36,870 bases of DNA from Candidatus Latescibacterota bacterium (GTDB taxonomy: Bacteria > Latescibacterota > UBA2968): the NCBI GenBank assembly GCA_038279365.1, contig JAYODI010000061.1, forward strand, positions 1 to 36,870, given 5' to 3'. The first letter of the stretch is position 1, and each line of letters starts with the position of its first letter. This document shows positions 36,863 to 36,870 of the stretch, piece after piece. Under the pieces are notes generated by a model, which worked only from the letters and a program-made list of their open reading frames with translations, was not told where the DNA came from and did not search any database. Both the position numbers and the translations under genes were made by a program.

Positions 36863-36870
36863 TAGGAAAT

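Noticed and set aside
1-36870. CRISPR arrays, tRNA/rRNA genes, transposases, integrases, programmed frameshifts
   Set aside because: No regularly spaced repeats, RNA-gene signatures, recombinase motifs or split reading frames were seen. All major ORFs appear intact apart from truncation at the left edge.

Overview
A gene-dense bacterial chromosomal window devoted mostly to the cell envelope. The host is most likely an FCB-superphylum organism such as Ca. Latescibacterota; this is inferred from the T9SS-type/FlgD C-terminal domain together with fliM. (1) 1-13154 (+): a surface-glycan cluster with four GT4 enzymes, two GT-C (ArnT/PMT-like) membrane transferases, a DPM1-like GT2, a UPF0104 flippase-like protein and two intact NodU/CmcH-family O-carbamoyltransferases. 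(2) 13234-23419: a mixed region with a CheY-like receiver, a sigma54-driven COG3014-hypothetical-lpoB-OM barrel operon followed by a structured 3' element, a DAG-kinase-like gene, adk, DUF1854, an orphan fliM, a class I xylA and an HD dNTPase-like gene. (3) 23409-36634 (-): a tightly coupled sigma54-driven operon encoding a 1226-aa cadherin-like protein with a T9SS-type CTD, a TPR lipoprotein, a beta-barrel/CsgG-like fusion, two paralogous O-antigen-ligase-TPR fusions, a duplicated-domain lipoprotein, an HNH nuclease and a priming sugar transferase. Region 3 is the best candidate for an undescribed system (coupled secretion and glycosylation or anchoring of a surface protein). Three near-consensus sigma54 (-24/-12) sites were found. 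No rRNA, tRNA, CRISPR array or transposase was recognised. All family calls come from motif recognition by eye, not from database searches.
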